Shown here one piece after another: positions 31,773 to 32,933 of a DNA stretch of 32,933 bases; position 1 is the first letter of the stretch; every line of letters begins with the position of its first letter. The stretch is taken from the NCBI GenBank assembly GCA_964603745.1, contig CAZRWZ010000004.1:1-32933 (forward strand). The letters are read 5' to 3'. The translations under genes were made by a program, and so were the position numbers. Source of the stretch: an uncultured Bacteroidaceae bacterium. Its GTDB lineage: Bacteria > Bacteroidota > Bacteroidia > Bacteroidales > JAFGXI01. Under the pieces are notes generated by a model. It was given only the letters and a program-made list of their open reading frames with translations, did no database searches and was not told where the DNA came from.

Positions 31773-31797
31773 ATCTCCTACAATATATGCAGGAGAT
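31773..31797 (-). terminator. intrinsic terminator after rpmA
   Basis: On the minus strand: atctcct (31797-31791), an 11-nt interior (gcatatattgt, whose end bases can form one extra C-G pair), aggagat (31779-31773), followed by ttttttt g ttttttt. It lies 27 nt downstream of the rpmA stop. Confidence 0.8.
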
Positions 31798-31824
31798 TTA
31801 AATATTTTAATAAAACTATGTTAA

Positions 31825-32085
31825 CTATTCAGCAACTTGCTCAATAGAAACATAAGATTTGTTATCACGTTTTCTTGTAAATTTTACATTACCATCAACT
31901 AATGCAAAAAGAGTATGGTCTTTTCCCATTCCAACACCTTCTCCAGGAAAATGCTTTGTTCCTCTTTGACGAATTATGATGTTCCCTGCTATAGCTTTTG
32001 CTCCACCAAAGATTTTAACACCTAATCGTTTACTCTCTGACTCTCTACCGTTTCTTGAACTACCGGCTCCTTTTTTATGTGCCAT
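31825..32085 (-). CDS. rpmA: 50S ribosomal protein L27
   Basis: [28 protein letters not shown]...[11 protein letters not shown] is the canonical L27 N-terminus. 86 aa. Confidence 0.98.
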   Translation of the reverse strand: MAHKKGAGSSRNGRESESKRLGVKIFGGAKAIAGNIIIRQRGTKHFPGEGVGMGKDHTLFALVDGNVKFTRKRDNKSYVSIEQVAE

Positions 32086-32102
32086 AATTTAAATTTTTAA
32101 AA

Positions 32103-32417
32103 TTATTTTGCAGATATTTTCTCTATCTCAATTTGTGTTAAATAATCTCTATAACCATTTCTCACTTTGTAACCTTTTCTTCTTTTCTTTTTGAAAACAA
32201 TTACCTTGTCACCTTTCATGTGAGAAATAATTTTTGCGCTAACAGTAGCACCTTTAACAGTTGGCTCTCCTACGTTAACACTTTTATCGTTATCAATCAA
32301 TAATACTTTATCGAAATTAACTTTCTTTCCTTCTTCTTCAGACAAGCGATTTACGTAGATTTTTCTACCTTCTTCTACTTTAAACTGCTGCCCTGCTATA
32401 TCTACTATTGCATACAT
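32103..32417 (-). CDS. rplU: 50S ribosomal protein L21
   Basis: MYAIVDIAGQQFKVEEG... is the canonical L21 start (ATG at 32417, 104 aa). The 45 upstream codons of the track ORF (to 32552) cover the promoter region and are not L21-like. Confidence 0.95.
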   Translation of the reverse strand: MYAIVDIAGQQFKVEEGRKIYVNRLSEEEGKKVNFDKVLLIDNDKSVNVGEPTVKGATVSAKIISHMKGDKVIVFKKKRRKGYKVRNGYRDYLTQIEIEKISAK

Positions 32418-32447
32418 CTTTTCTATCATTTTAATTAAAAATGACTG

Positions 32448-32478
32448 CAAAAGTACGTATTCTTTATTTAATTGCAAA
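32448..32478 (-). promoter_or_regulatory. candidate Bacteroidota-type promoter of rplU-rpmA
   Basis: On the minus strand: TTTG (complement of 32478-32475), a 19-nt spacer, then TACTTTTG (complement of 32455-32448). This matches -33 TTTG / -7 TAnnTTTG with consensus spacing, 30 nt upstream of the rplU ATG. Confidence 0.5.
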
Positions 32479-32634
32479 ACTTTTCTTTTAATAAAATTGT
32501 AGTTTTTTTCCTTATTTTTTATTGATGTGGTTTTTCCTCGTAAAACGAACATTTTGTTCGTTGTAAAAAATCTTTATTAATAAAATAATGAAAAAATTAT
32601 CGCTATGTATAAGAAAGGTATAGAAACTCAAAAA

Positions 32635-32818
32635 ATCCCGTAGGGATTATATGTTTATAGAAAGTTTTTAATATAAATACATTCGACCCCGACGGGGTCG
32701 TACCTATTTATTAACAAAGCATATTAAAAACATTTGAACCCTACGGGTTCTCCTGTTTACGAACTATTTTACAATAAATAAAATTCTAGAAACGAACTAT
32801 CCCCGAGGCAAAGCCTCG
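32635..32818. repeat. array of four short GC-rich triloop hairpins, the first three on a 51-bp period, within a degenerate tandem repeat
   Basis: H1 atccc-gta-gggat 32635-32647. H2 cgacccc-gac-ggggtcg 32684-32700. H3 gaaccc-tac-gggttc 32736-32750. H4 cgaggc-aaa-gcctcg 32804-32818. Flanks are partly alignable: tatatgtttat / tacctatttat / tcctgtttac after the stems, and atacatt / aaacattt before them. Confidence 0.6.
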
Positions 32819-32933
32819 AGGAATTCTTTTGATTAAAATATTAACAATAGTTTTCACAAAAAACTTGTTTTGGGTGTTAAAATGAGGGAAACAGGAAAAA
32901 AATATTTACTAATACATATCATTCTTGTTTTTT

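Noticed and set aside
32635-32818. Possibility that the hairpin array is a small CRISPR array
   Set aside because: The repeat cores are only 13-17 bp and are not identical to each other. The spacing (~35 bp of partly alignable sequence) is itself repetitive. No cas genes are present.
32882-32933. Possible start of a + strand gene at the right edge (ATG 32882: MRETGKKYLLIHIILVF...)
   Set aside because: Only 17 codons are visible. A hydrophobic start is suggestive, but that is too short to support a call.

Overview
This is a strongly AT-rich chromosomal window that looks like a Bacteroidota genome. The evidence is a T9SS-type C-terminal sorting domain, TAnnTTTG-type -7 promoter boxes, the long insertion-containing form of IspG, MORN-variant repeat proteins, and many signal peptides ending in ..AQ or a lipobox Cys. 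The housekeeping backbone is pnp, an MltF-like lytic transglycosylase, prfC, ispG, a TtcA-like PP-loop ATPase, an orphan OmpR-family response regulator, serS and rplU-rpmA. Four accessory pieces are interleaved. (i) One 8.8-kb gene (2939-11713, minus) encodes a 2924-aa secreted protein: LamG-like domain, three tandem beta-helix-like supermodules, then a T9SS sorting domain. (ii) A six-gene block (15167-20553) sits between prfC and ispG: LRR protein, MauE-thioredoxin fusion membrane protein, 76-aa six-Cys lipopeptide, YD-like repeat protein, FGE-sulfatase-fold protein, and a solitary NUMOD4/HNH endonuclease-like gene. (iii) An 818-aa MORN-variant repeat protein. (iv) Two secreted proteins follow the response regulator, and a lipoprotein + TPR pair follows serS. 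I recognised no rRNA, tRNA, CRISPR array, transposase, integrase or phage structural gene. The best candidate for an undescribed system is the MauE-thioredoxin fusion placed directly before a small Cys-rich, probably surface-exported lipopeptide (16475-17626), possibly together with the upstream LRR protein. A second unexplained signal is a periodic array of GC-rich triloop hairpins upstream of rplU (32635-32818). All functional calls come from motifs read by eye in the supplied translations and DNA. No database search or computation was run.
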